A DNA stretch of 28,843 nucleotides, from positions 1-28,843 of the forward strand of contig NW_021833206.1 of assembly GCF_006345805.1 (NCBI RefSeq). Reading direction: 5' to 3'. The position numbers were made by a program, and so were the translations under genes. Source of the DNA: Octopus sinensis. Lineage: Eukaryota. This document shows positions 10,437-21,770 of the stretch, piece by piece. Each line of letters opens with the position of its first letter. Position 1 is the first letter of the stretch. The notes beneath the pieces are model-generated. The model was given only the letters and a program-made list of their open reading frames with translations, was not told the DNA's origin and ran no database searches.

Positions 10437-10880
10437 TCTCTTATTATAAAAGGCAGATTTTATCTGCCTCCCTTTGTCAGTTATAGAAATCTACAATATA
10501 GGATTTCTTCAATTACAATTTACCTAGCATTTTTAAGAGTAGAATGCATCGGGTTTTGCCAGGTCCAGTTTTTAAAATTTAAACTCCAATTAAGCAAAAT
10601 TTACAGAAAACTCACATTCTGGTGTGTATGTCAAATGCTTTTCTTAGTCTGGTTTACAGCACACGCAAACGCACACACACAGTGTGCAACGAATAAAGTG
10701 AAACTAGATGTATATTTGTTTCTGTCTATCACGCTGATAGATACATGAGTAAAATGTATGGCAAGCTAACAGATAAGAGTGAGTGAAAATGTTCTTGGAA
10801 GAGAGTAAATAGCGACAGAGTGATTTGAGGAAGACTAAACTGAAAGTATGAAACAGTGTTTATGTATAACAGACGACACT
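10437..10880 (+). mobile_element. Possible 5' portion of a non-autonomous Helitron
   Basis: A|TCTCTTATTATAAAA start within (TA)n, similar in style to the start at 11215; 8-bp hairpin AGGCAGAT-TTT-ATCTGCCT at 10451-10469. No 3' terminus of its own was found. Confidence 0.4.
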
Positions 10881-10888
10881 TATATAAA

Positions 10889-11214
10889 CCCTTTCGTTAC
10901 CAAACCGCCCGAATTTACCTATTCATATTTAAATGAGAATATCAGAGTAAATCTCTTTAGTACATTCGTGAAAACACGTATTATCTTCGTAAACACTTCA
11001 AATACAGTTTTGTACAAAAATCGAAGTGTAATTTTAATTCCGTGAATTATGGGAGATTTTTTTCCGAATTTGTTCCTATTGTGTTTTCAAAATTTGTAAT
11101 TCTGACAAAAAATGGATACGAATTTCATTATATCAAGCAGCGAGTCAGAATTCGAAGGATTTTCTACTGAAGACCTTCATAAATCTAACTCTATGATGAC
11201 TGAAAAAAAAAGCA
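10889..11214 (+). mobile_element. Putative piggyBac 5' end with the start of the transposase
   Basis: TAAA|CCCTTT terminus (near TTAA|CCC). ATG at 11112 gives MDTNFIISSSESEFEGFSTED, an acidic Ser-rich start typical of piggyBac transposases. Confidence 0.5.
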
Positions 11215-11609
11215 TCTTTATATAAGAGTGAAGTTGTGTGGTCTGTCTCCTACGATTTAGATTCGTAACTACTCCCACATTTTGCGGTGCAGTTTAACCA
11301 AAAGCGGTATCTTATAGTCGTGATTCATATCGAGCCCTTCTGGGTATTAGCGCGCGTCTACGATGAGTCTACGATTTTAAAAAATTTACCATCATATTTT
11401 TCCATTTTTAATGCATTTTTTTCGCTTTTATATAAGGGAAGTAACTCTCTAAAAATATCTACGATGTGTCAACGATTTAAAAAAAAAATTTACCTTAATT
11501 TTTTTTCAATTTTTAATGCATTTTTTTGCTATTTTTTGGCTATAACTCTCTAAAAATGCTTATTAGTTATTTCCCTTACAACCCGAGCAACGCCGGGCGA
11601 TACTGCTAG
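11215..11609 (+). mobile_element. Non-autonomous Helitron
   Basis: A|TC start and CTAG|T end; subterminal hairpin CCCG-AGCAACGC-CGGG at 11582-11597; no TSD; internal ~100-bp tandem duplication (~11357-11558). Confidence 0.88.
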
Positions 11610-12171
11610 TATATATATATATATTTACGGTACAAGCAATTAAGATTCAAGTGAGTTCTGTTGAATTCACATGAATATGGTACTTAACTTGGATGCACCA
11701 GAAATCTATATGGTGTTAACCATACGACAAAGTGGGGTGATTATAAATAGGAAAAAAGCAACAAGAATGGATCAATATTTCGGTACAATTGTTTCGTACG
11801 AAGACATCTTTAATAAGGCAACAAAAATTGCAGTAAATATAAGTGACCCGTACTCATCAGCCGAAAACATCAAAGGGGGTGATGTTACACTCGTGAAACA
11901 TCATGGAAAGTTCTATAAAAATGAGATTAAGATAACAAATTGATTTCTAAAAGTTCTTTTAGTATTGCACAGTCATATATCAGGTTTTAAAACATTTTTT
12001 CAAAACCTCTTAATTTTCCAGAAAGTGAAGATGAAAGTAAGGATGTAAGTTCATCCATATTGAAGAAAGTTTGATTCCTGGAGATATGATGAGAGGTATC
12101 GTACTCACAGAATATGTGACACTTTATTATGAACTATATATGGATAAATGCATAAATATATATATATATAT

Positions 12172-12458
12172 GTATGTTCCTTCTCGAGCCACACCTGGCA
12201 CATAAGGGCCGGTTTCCCGGTTTCCTTGACGTATAGGTTCCCCACCTGGACGGGACGCCGGTCCGTCGCAGGTGAGCTGCAAGTTGTAGGAGGAAAGAGT
12301 GAGAGAAAGTTGTAGCGAAGTCCGCCATTACCTTCTGCCGGAGCCGCGTGAAGCTTAGGTGTTTTGCTCATAAACATACACATCACTCGGTTTGAGATTC
12401 GAACACGCGATCCTTCGACCGCGAGTCAGCTGCTCGAACCACTATTCTATGTGCCTCC
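12172..12458 (-). mobile_element. tRNA-derived SINE, group A, tail type b
   Basis: tRNA head (GTGTTCGAATC B-box), CORE-like TTTATGAGCAAAACACCTAAG, a unique middle, and a 3' module GCGACGGACCGGCGTCCCGTCCAGGTGGGGAACC..GAAACCGGGAAACCGG shared with 5963-6222. Confidence 0.85.
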
Positions 12459-12459
12459 A

Positions 12460-12473
12460 CATACGCATACACA

Positions 12474-12570
<97 letters not shown>
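12460..12570. repeat. (CA)n microsatellite
   Basis: Read directly. Confidence 0.97.
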
Positions 12571-12571
<1 letters not shown>

Positions 12572-12756
12572 AATGGAGTTAAACGCAAGTGTTATTCAAA
12601 TTCTTTTACTTCCGACATATTTTCATGTAAACCCGAAGTTTCTACCTTTAAAAACAAGGTGTTACAACCATTTTACTTACGTGATTTTTTGCTACCCTGG
12701 TAACTATAAATTTATTTTTTCCTGTTAATTGTTAACAAGGGAAAAATACACACATC

Positions 12757-12767
<11 letters not shown>

Positions 12768-12811
<44 letters not shown>
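12768..12811. repeat. (TG)n microsatellite
   Basis: Read directly. Confidence 0.97.
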
Positions 12812-12813
<2 letters not shown>

Positions 12814-13319
12814 ATAAGTATGCATATATATGTACATACACACATATATACATACATACATGCATAATTTACGTGTGTGAGTATGTTCGTGAGTCTACAT
12901 ATGCAAATAAGATATGTTGCACAACTAAAATTTATTCTGAGCTTATTGTTTATTTTTATACGATATAATTTACACACACATACACACACACACACACACA
13001 TACACACACACACATACACACACACACACACCACACGCTTTAATTTATTGTGTAATGTAAAGAGGAATCTCAATTATTTTGAACGAAAAATGTAGTTTTA
13101 CTCATTATCTACATTTCTCGAAAGTAACAAAGGATCAAGCTACAAAAAATGCTATGAAATGTTTACAAGAAAATATACAAAAGTAATGCAAGGGTATGTT
13201 ACAACTTTCTCTTTTAACTGACATAGGTCATTCACATTGCACTCACTGGTAGAATAACTTTTACTGTTTAATAACCCTTCTTCTTAACTTCCATTGCAGG
13301 CATATATAGGGTTCTACGC

Positions 13320-13860
13320 TGGCATGGAGTTCTTGGCAATAGAGATTTGCAAGCTGCCTTGACATCAGCAAAAAAGCTACAAGTTGTTAGTGGAGATGAA
13401 ACCAATGACAAGAGCATTGTGTACAGATGAATAAAGAAGTTTAATGAAGGGGGAATGAGCACTGAAGACAAATCACGATACCATCGGTTGCAGCCAATCG
13501 AATCGTCAGCGAGTGGACGAAGTGATGTGCGCGAGAAGACGAGTCACAATCTGTGAATCTGATGTACAAATAGACAATGATCACAATGTACCACAGAAGA
13601 TGGTTGAAGTCTGTGTGAGTTAGAAACTGTGTGCAAAGTGGATCTTCTGGCAAGTGATACCCGACTTATCGGATAAAAGGGTAGAAATTTTCTTTGGTGA
13701 ACTGAAAGCTTTTGAAGCTAATGAAGACATTTCTTTTCCAATCTGGTGATAGGGGATCAAACGTGCCCGTATCGTTATGATCCGAAGTTGAAGTCTCAGT
13801 CCTAGAATGGTGTCATGGCTCTTTTCTAAGATGTGAGAAGTTTAAGAATCAACAATATGT
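13320..13860 (+). mobile_element. Degenerate mariner transposase remnant (N-terminal HTH to first catalytic Asp)
   Basis: Fragments KLQVVSGDETNDKSIVYR*IKKFNEG..EDKSR, RRVTI, KLCAKWI (decayed WVP motif) and LVIGDQTCPYRYDPKLKSQS (cf. IVTGDETWVYHYDP); many stops and frameshifts. Confidence 0.8.
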
Positions 13861-13984
13861 GACAAACGACGGTTTTTGAAATTTATAGTGGCTCATTGGG
13901 AGGATGATAGAAGCGTCATTCTTCTTGATTTTATGATACTAAACAGTGTATTGTTGAAAAGTAACTAAAATGGATACTCCATGA

Positions 13985-14135
13985 CGAAATAGTTAAGAAG
14001 TTCGCTTTGCGGCAACGAGATCTCGGGTTCAATTCCACTGTCTGGCATCTTAGGTATGTCTTTTACCATCGCCTTAAGCCGACCAAAACCTAGTAAGTAA
14101 AATTGGTAACATGGAGACCTTTTGGAAGCCCATTA
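13985..14135 (+). mobile_element. SINE group C head, degenerate
   Basis: GGGTTCAATTCCACTG B-box; resembles the reverse complement of the group C head. Confidence 0.55.
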
Positions 14136-15259
14136 GAGAGTGCCATCTCAAATCATGGGTACACTGAGCAGTTGTTCAGGGGTCTCACTAGTCTAGGTGT
14201 CCAATTCTGATTTGTGCATGCTGTGACTTGGTGTTAATAAATAACTGCTATAGGGTTCAGTGCATTATACTATCTGGACCTTATAATGCTGCTAGAACGG
14301 CCCTAACATGAGATGGATTGGACGAGAAGTTCAAAGGTCCAGTTTTGTTATACTGTCAACTGAGAATTATGCTAAGGGCACGTGGCACATGTGTCTGCAG
14401 GATATTCAGTCTCTTCACACAGTTATTCAAAGAGTAAATCAATTAATTGATCGAACAATTAAAATATTCATAGTGAAAATTCGCCATGTTTTCATTATTG
14501 AAAATTCGCTTGAGCAATGCATTATGCACGTGGCTGTTTGTATGTGTGTGTGTGTGTGAGTATGCACATAAGTATATGTATGTATGAGTGTGTGTTTGTG
14601 TGCCTGTGTAGGTGCGCACGTGCATGTGTGTATATGTGTGTGTGAGTGTGTAAGTATAATTATGGGTGAATGTTTGTATGTAGGGGTTTTGTGTGTGGGG
14701 GGGGAGTTATGTGTGTGTTGATACCTCATTTTATTGGTTAATGTTTCCTTTCTCACTGGTAACTCCCTGAACTTTTATAGCACACATGAAAACTTTTTCT
14801 GTTTTTAACAAATGATATTACAAACATTTAAATCTCTGGTAGTCTTCAGCATATTACCGCTGTCGTTATTTTTATTATTTAGAGTCTGATTAGCCTTGAC
14901 TGAGTACACCTAAGATCACCTTTCACAATCCCAACTATGGCCACCTCTCCTTTTTTTTTGATACATAGTATACCTAACACTACATTATCCGTATACGATT
15001 CTTATCATTCTTGTTGATGATATCGTTAATACTTTTGATGTTGTCGTTCAACCTCATGACTGCAATTACGCAAATTTGGCTGCTATTTCTAGCTAATACC
15101 CAAATAGAGATCTAGTACAGTCTACAAATGTTCTTCAGTCCCGCTTAGGTTGAGCAAACCATTTTATGAAATGTATTGAAGCCATGATAAACCTAACTTC
15201 CTTTCAGACAGCATGGACTTGAAAGGGTATTAAGCAAGTACGCACACACAATTATGTGT

Positions 15260-15270
15260 GTGATATATAC

Positions 15271-15314
<44 letters not shown>

Positions 15315-15334
15315 TATATATAGATATATATATA

Positions 15335-15374
<40 letters not shown>

Positions 15375-15400
15375 ACATATATATATATTATATATATATA

Positions 15401-15472
<72 letters not shown>

Positions 15473-15475
15473 TAT
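15260..15475. repeat. Long interrupted (TA)n array
   Basis: Read directly. Confidence 0.97.
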
Positions 15476-15484
15476 GCTGTTAGT

Positions 15485-15940
15485 CAATGGGCAGACAGAA
15501 ACAAAATGCAACTGAACGAGGGAAAATTTGAGCTGATGCATTTTGGAAGAAATTCCTCACTAAAACAGCCATACTCTCTTCCTTCAGGGGAACCGCTCAC
15601 AGCCTCTAACAATATCAGAGACTTGGGTGTAATTGTTGATGACGATCTCAGTTGGAGTGCACACAGCAACAAGAAGGTCGATATGGCTCGTAGGATGAGT
15701 TCCTGGATCTTAAGAACTTTCCGGTCCAGAGAACAAGGTATCATCATACCACTTTTCTCCTCCTTTGTACGGCCACACCTCGAATACTGCTGCCCACTGT
15801 GGTCTCCCCATACAAGACAAAACATCTCGAGGATTGAATCACCCCAGAGGGCACTCACTAAACGAATTGAAGGCATGGCTGCTCTCGATTATTGGGATTG
15901 CCTTAAATCCTTGAAACTCTACTCTCCAGCGTCGCTGTGA
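15485..15940 (+). mobile_element. CR1-clade LINE fragment (RT C-terminal region)
   Basis: [67 protein letters not shown]; motifs typical of CR1 RT C-termini. Confidence 0.9.
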
Positions 15941-15983
15941 GACATGGCCTGGACCAATCTTTGGTCGAAACATATCGAAGTTT

Positions 15984-15992
15984 ATATATATA

Positions 15993-16080
<88 letters not shown>

Positions 16081-16092
16081 TATATACATATT

Positions 16093-16137
<45 letters not shown>

Positions 16138-16270
16138 GTATATATATATGTGGGTGTGTGTGTGTCTGTGTGTCTGTGTCTGTGTGTGTCTGTGCGTGTG
16201 TGAGCGTGTCTGTGTGTGTGTGTATACATATATGTATATATATATTATATATATATATATATATAATATG
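15984..16270. repeat. (TA)n/(TG)n compound microsatellite
   Basis: Read directly. Confidence 0.95.
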
Positions 16271-16410
16271 TACGATGAGCTTCTTTCAATTTCCAGCTAT
16301 CAAACTCATTCACAAGGCATTGGTTCACCTGGCACTTGAGAAGGAGATAATTGCTCAAGGTGCCACGCAGTAGGACTGAACACGCATTTCTTAACCATAG
16401 AGCCATGCCT
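16271..16410 (-). mobile_element. SINE group C head, degenerate
   Basis: GAGCTTCTTTCAATTTCC..CAAGGTGCCACGCAGTAGGACTGAAC. Confidence 0.7.
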
Positions 16411-16473
16411 GCTAATGTATTTTGTTTTCTTTTGTTTAGCCACTGGTCAGCACTAATAGAACAGCGCTAACAG

Positions 16474-16880
16474 GGCGGCGAGCTGGCAGAAACGTTACAC
16501 GACGGGCGAAATGTTTAGCGGTATTTCGTCTGCCGTTACGTTCTGAGTTCAAATTCCGCCGAGGTCGACTTTGCCTTTCATCCTTTCGGAGTCGATAAAT
16601 TAACTACCAGTTACGCACTGGGGTCGATATAATCGACTTAATCCGTTGTCTGTCCTTGTTTGTCCTCTCTGTGTTTAGCCCCTTGAGGGCAGTAAAGAAA
16701 TAGGTATTTCGTCTGCCGTTACGTTTTGAGTTCAAATTCCGCTGAAGACGACTTTGCCTTTCATCCTTTCAGGGTCGATAGATTAAGTAACAGTTACGCA
16801 CTGGGGTCGATGTAATCGACTCATTGTCTGTCCTTGTTTGTTTCCTTTGTGTTCAGCCCCTTTTGGGCAATAAAGAATAA
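16474..16880 (+). mobile_element. SINE group B, head plus two tandem body units
   Basis: Body unit (~190 nt) is repeated twice; possible 7-bp TSD CTAACAG at 16467-16473 and 16881-16887. Confidence 0.88.
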
Positions 16881-17555
16881 CTAACAGAACAGACAAACAA
16901 ATATTCGAAGATATTCCAGCCACGACCATCCCGTTTTTTTCTTATCTTTGTATGCAAGGAAGACAGCACTAAATTATTCCAGTGTTCCTTTTTCTGAGAT
17001 GTTGGATTATGATTATGATTAGGGTTAGGATTTGATGGAGATTCGTTTGCTATTTCTAGCTGATCTAACGACCACGTAAACGCTCACACGAGGTTTTCGC
17101 AGAGAAGATCTTGAGGCTATGATGTTACTGCTGTTCTCCTAACTTAGACTTCAAATCAATCCTAATCCAATAGTCAGGCTGCAAGCGTTGTGTATCTAGG
17201 ATTACATCAACTAGTGACATTGTTTTTCAGAGACAACAGAAGGAAATTTAGTTGTCATTTCTAGCAAGCAGAATGACCACATTGAGGTCGTAGCTTGAAA
17301 AAAAATTATTATATTGTCCTTAATAATGTTCTCACAATTGCTGCTGCTAATGCGGTTTATGTTGCTAGGAAACATCATACTTAGGTGTTAGTTGGATGGG
17401 GGTGAAGGACGTGGGGTTGGCATTGCGTTACCAATAACAACGCGGCATCATTTGTCATTAATACGTGTGTGTAGGTCATTCATTCTCTGCGTATATGTCA
17501 AATTGGTTGTCACTGAACTTCACCAGCACCAACACACCAGTAGCTACAATTGATG

Positions 17556-17845
17556 TTGCTGCTGCTGCGACCGCTGCTGCGGCCGCTGCTGCAGTTGTTG
17601 TTGCTGCTGCCCCTCCTCCTCCTCCTCCTACAGCTACTACTACTGTTGTAGCTGCTGCTGCTGCTGCTGCTGCTACTGATACTACAATTGCTGCCACCAC
17701 CACAGGCGCCTCTACTGCTACCAAAACCACCATCTGTATTACTACCACTGCTGCTGCAACTGCTGCTGTTGCCACCACCATAACCATTTCTACTGCTACC
17801 CAAATCACCATCTTACTACTACTACAACAACAACAACTACTACTA
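17556..17845. repeat. Mosaic trinucleotide tract (GCT/CCT/ACT/CAA)n
   Basis: Read directly; explains the several overlapping open frames. Confidence 0.9.
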
Positions 17846-17976
17846 CTACTACTACTGCGAATTCTTTATTTCCCCAAAAAATCAGAAAACGTAAACAAAA
17901 CATTTTAAAGAAAAAAAAACACCGTTTAAGGTTGTATTTAAATAACCAAATTTACAAAACGCTATTGTTAGTATTG

Positions 17977-18195
17977 TTTTACTCGTTTCCTTGCTTCAGC
18001 CATTTGACTGTGGCCATGCTGGAGCACCGCATTTAGTCGAGCAAATCGACCCTGGGACTTATTCTTTCTAAGCCTAGTACTTATTCTATCGGTCCCTTTT
18101 TCCGAACCACTAAGTTACGGGGACATAAACACACCAGCATAGGTTGCCAAGCAATGTTGGGGGGACAAACGTAGACACACAAACATATACACACA

Positions 18196-18259
<64 letters not shown>

Positions 18260-18432
18260 CACATATATACGATGGGCTTCTTTCAGCTTCCGTCTACTAA
18301 ATCCACTCACAAGGCTTTAGTCAGCCCGAGGCTATAGTCGAAGACACTTGCCCGAGGTGCCACGCAGTGGGACTGAACCCGGAACCATGTGGTTCGTAAG
18401 CAGGCTACTTACCACACAGCCAATTCTACGCT
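17977..18432 (-). mobile_element. tRNA-derived SINE group C, near full length, with internal (TA)n
   Basis: Minus-strand head GGCTGTGTGGTAAGTAGC..GGGTTCAGTCCCACTGCG; internal microsatellite ~18186-18258. Confidence 0.9.
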
Positions 18433-18604
18433 TTTATCTCTGTCGATTTTGAAAATAAAGAAAAAAATCAGTCCAATGATTTTGCTCTTAATAAACTGAA
18501 GTTTGGAGCCTAAATTAACATGAAAATTTGAAAGGTTTTAACTTGGATCATTTTACACCGGGAAATTTGTATTATGAATTTGGGGCAATCTTGGGCTGTT
18601 TTAA

Positions 18605-19273
18605 TATTGGTTTCAAATCTCGGCAAGTTCAGGAAAGGAGTTAAATCGATTACATTGACTGTTACATCAACTGGTACTTATTTTATCGACTCCGAAAGAT
18701 CAAAGGTCAACCGGTGTTGGATTGTTTACGTTCCTGTAATTGTGTAAAATAAAAAAAATAATTAAAAAAGAAAAGGTAAACCTGAAAAAGAAAATATTGG
18801 GGTTAATTTGTTCAAAGTGGTGTTCAAGCATGGCCGGAATCCAATGATCAAAACCAGCAGAAGGAATTTGTTACAAATAGGAATCAAAATTAATATCCAT
18901 GAATATTAAAACAACAAAAGGACACATTGATGAATATGATCGAAAGTCGACCTAGGTGAAATTTGAACGCAGATCGTAAGGACGGACGAAATTCCTCAAA
19001 GCATTTTGCCCGGCGTTCTAACCATACTGCCAGCTCGCCGCCACCTTAGGGCGGTTTTGATATTGATTTCAAATTTTGGCACTAGACCAGCATGTTCGGG
19101 GGAGGAGCTAATTCAATTACGTCGACCCCAGTGCTCAACTGGTATGCATTTTACCGATCCTGAAACAATGAAAAGCAAATCGACCTTCGCAGAATTTGAA
19201 CTCAGATCGTAAGGACGGACGAAGCTCCGCTAAGCATCTTGCTTGCCTTGCTAACGACTCTGCCAGCTTGCCG
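18605..19273 (-). mobile_element. Three degenerate SINE group B pieces (~18605-18712, 18942-19042, 19061-19273)
   Basis: Reverse complements of the group B core and head (CTGCCAGCTCGCCGCC). Confidence 0.78.
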
Positions 19274-19509
19274 GTTTTATTGTTAAAATGAATACGACGG
19301 TTTTAATATCAAAAGGAATAAACCTTTAAATTCCACTTATATATATAGTTAAACAGATAATGTTTGATGTAGTGTGTAAGTAATAGTTCCTTTGAAAACC
19401 AGCCAGCCGCATATCTTAAGATGCGAACAGGGACAACACAGCTCTCAACTATGGCTCTCATGAGCCAGTAGTGCTCACGGATGGCTGCAGCACGGTACCT
19501 CATTTCGAA

Positions 19510-20000
19510 AGGCGGCGAGCGGCAGAAACGTTAGCACACCGGCGAAATGCTTAGCGGTATTGCGTCTGTCTTGCGTTCTGAGTTCAAATTCCGCCGAGGT
19601 CGACTTTGCCTTTCTTCATTTCGGGGTCGATAAATTAAGTACCAGTTACGCATGGGGTCGTGTAATCGACTTAATCCGTTTGTCTGTCCTTGTTGTCCCC
19701 TCTATGTTTAGCCCCTTTGGGGTAGTAAAGAACATATATATATATATAATATATTATATAAGAATATGTTTCAATAAAGAAATAAGAAACGTTAGCACGC
19801 CGGGCGAAATGCTTAGCGGCATTTCGTCTGCGTTACGTTGTGAGTTCAAATTTCGCCGAGGTCGACTTTGCCTTTCATCCTTTCGGGGTCGATAAATTAA
19901 GTACCAGTTACGCACTGGGGTCGATGTAATCGACTTAATACCTATGTCTGTCCATGTTTGTCCCCTCTGTGTTTAGCCCCTTGTGGGTAATAAAGAAATA
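19510..20000 (+). mobile_element. Dimeric SINE group B insertion with 16-bp TSD
   Basis: GGTACCTCATTTCGAA at 19494-19509 and 20001-20016; two monomers separated by an AT-rich spacer. Confidence 0.92.
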
Positions 20001-20414
20001 GGTACCTCATTTCGAACAGTGAGAAAAACTGAGTAATGGGTATCAGCAAACTTGGAAGGATTATTGTAGTGGGGGGGGGTCATTAAACCTTAAGTGCATG
20101 AAGGACTCGAATAGCAGGTGAGCCAGAAAATACAATATAATGGCTCCAAAGGCGTGACAGCAAGATGTGCGATGCATCTAGGATGCTCTCTTGACGGAAT
20201 ACAGATTATAGCCAGCCCACATGGAAAGGAACAGCACTCATCATGTGCATGATTGCTCTCGTAGTAAATCATAGATCTTAGATGGAGATGCCTGAAATTC
20301 AACATGCTAAAAGCAGATGACACTTACCCATTAGTCGAGTGTTAACTAGAAGCTTACAGTAATTGATATTATGAACTGAAAGTGAGTCTTAATATTTATA
20401 AATGGTCAAAATTT

Positions 20415-20580
20415 TTAGCAGCATTTTATCCAACTACGTTCTGAGTTCAAATGCCGGCAAGGCTGACTTTACCTTTCATCCTTTCGGAGTCGGTAAAAGA
20501 AGTACCAGTTGATCATTGAGGTTGATGTGGACTACCTACCCACTTCCCCGAGGTTACTGCCTCATGCCAAAATTTGAAAT
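20415..20580 (+). mobile_element. SINE group B, degenerate
   Basis: ACGTTCTGAGTTCAAATGCC..CCTTTCATCCTTTCGGAGTCGGTAAAAGAAGTACCAG. Confidence 0.75.
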
Positions 20581-20615
20581 TAATATTTATAAATGTTACC
20601 TGTAAAGGCATGAAT

Positions 20616-20880
20616 TCTTTTATTCTTTTAACTGTTTCAATCATTAGACTATGGCCATGCTGGGGCACCACCTTGAAGGTTTACCATCGAACAAATCGAT
20701 CCCAATACTTGTATTTTTAAAGCCTGGAACTTATTCTACTAGTTTCTTTTTCCCGGGACGTAAGCACACCGATAGCGGTTATCAAGCGGTGGTAGGAGAC
20801 AAACACAGACATAAAAACAGATACGCACACATACACACACTTACACACGCATATATATGTATATGTATGTTTATATATAC
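20616..20880 (-). mobile_element. SINE group C, 3' half
   Basis: CATTAGACTATGGCCATGCTGGGGCACC..GACAAACACAGAC. Confidence 0.75.
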
Positions 20881-21037
20881 ATACATATATATATATATAT
20901 AAATAAATAAAAAATAAATTATATATATAAAAAATAAATATATATATATAAATAAATAAATATATATAATATATATATATAATATATATAAATAAATAAA
21001 TATATATATATATTATATTATATATATATATATATAA

Positions 21038-21213
21038 AATTATAATTTAGGGTATCTAAGATACCACCACGCTGGAAATATCAGCCAAAACGAGCAAAAT
21101 TCTTTTGCTCGTTTATTTTGTCTCTTTGTCTTCTCTTCTGGTGCAGTATGAACATTTAATGTGGATTTAGAGTCCAGCGTGGTGGTATCTCTTAGAAACC
21201 CTAAATTATAATT
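21038..21213. mobile_element. Fold-back/MITE-like element with ~40-bp terminal inverted repeats
   Basis: 21038-21076 is the reverse complement of 21173-21213 (1 mismatch, one 2-nt indel); nested perfect 12-bp hairpin at 21088-21114. Confidence 0.7.
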
Positions 21214-21295
21214 TTAATAATAATTATTACCTTTGAAGGTTTTTATTCTCATCATGCTGGCCACCTGATAAGATCGGTATTTAAATATCATCTAT

Positions 21296-21298
<3 letters not shown>

Positions 21299-21372
<74 letters not shown>
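21299..21372. repeat. Pure (TA)n microsatellite
   Basis: Read directly. Confidence 0.98.
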
Positions 21373-21377
<5 letters not shown>

Positions 21378-21427
21378 CTCTCTCTTTCGGAGAGGCACTA
21401 AGCAGCTATACGCACACATACACACAC

Positions 21428-21577
21428 GGCAGTAACTTCCATCTACCGAATTCAATCACAAAGCTCCGGTCGGCTCGGGGCTATAGTGGAAGACACCTAC
21501 CCAAAGTTCCACGCAGTGGGACTGAACCCAAAACCATGCAGCTAGGAAGCAAGCTCCCTAACCACACAGCCATGCCC

Positions 21578-21624
<47 letters not shown>

Positions 21625-21770
21625 GGCTTCTTTCAGTTTCCCTCTACCAAATCCACTAACATGGCTTTGGTCGGCCCTGGACTGTTATTGAAGCCCAAGG
21701 TTCCACGCAATAGGAATGAAACTGGAACCATGTGATTGGGAAATAAGGTTGTTATCACACAGCCACGCCC
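21428..21770 (-). mobile_element. Two tandem SINE group C heads (~21428-21577, ~21621-21770) separated by (TG)n
   Basis: CCACGCAGTGGGACTGAACCC..ACCACACAGCCA in the first head and a more diverged equivalent in the second. Confidence 0.75.

Noticed and set aside
11671-11943. 90-aa non-repetitive ORF after the Helitron
   Set aside because: No recognisable motif or splice support; it cannot be tied to the piggyBac fragment and is compatible with chance.
15940-15982. GACCA-ATCTT-TGGTC-GAAAC hairpin resembling the 3' half of a hammerhead
   Set aside because: No CUGANGA core upstream and no stem III.
16474-16880. Tandem ~190-nt units as a CRISPR array or satellite
   Set aside because: There are no short repeats with unique spacers; the units are SINE body duplications in a eukaryotic context.
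17465-17908. Poly-Ala/Thr/Gln ORF and its antisense ORFs as a host exon
   Set aside because: Open frames on both strands are explained by triplet repeats; there is almost no unique sequence and no convincing splice sites.
19309-20323. ORFs flanking the dimeric SINE as an interrupted gene
   Set aside because: Rejoining at the TSD did not give a long open frame or a recognisable motif in the frames I checked.
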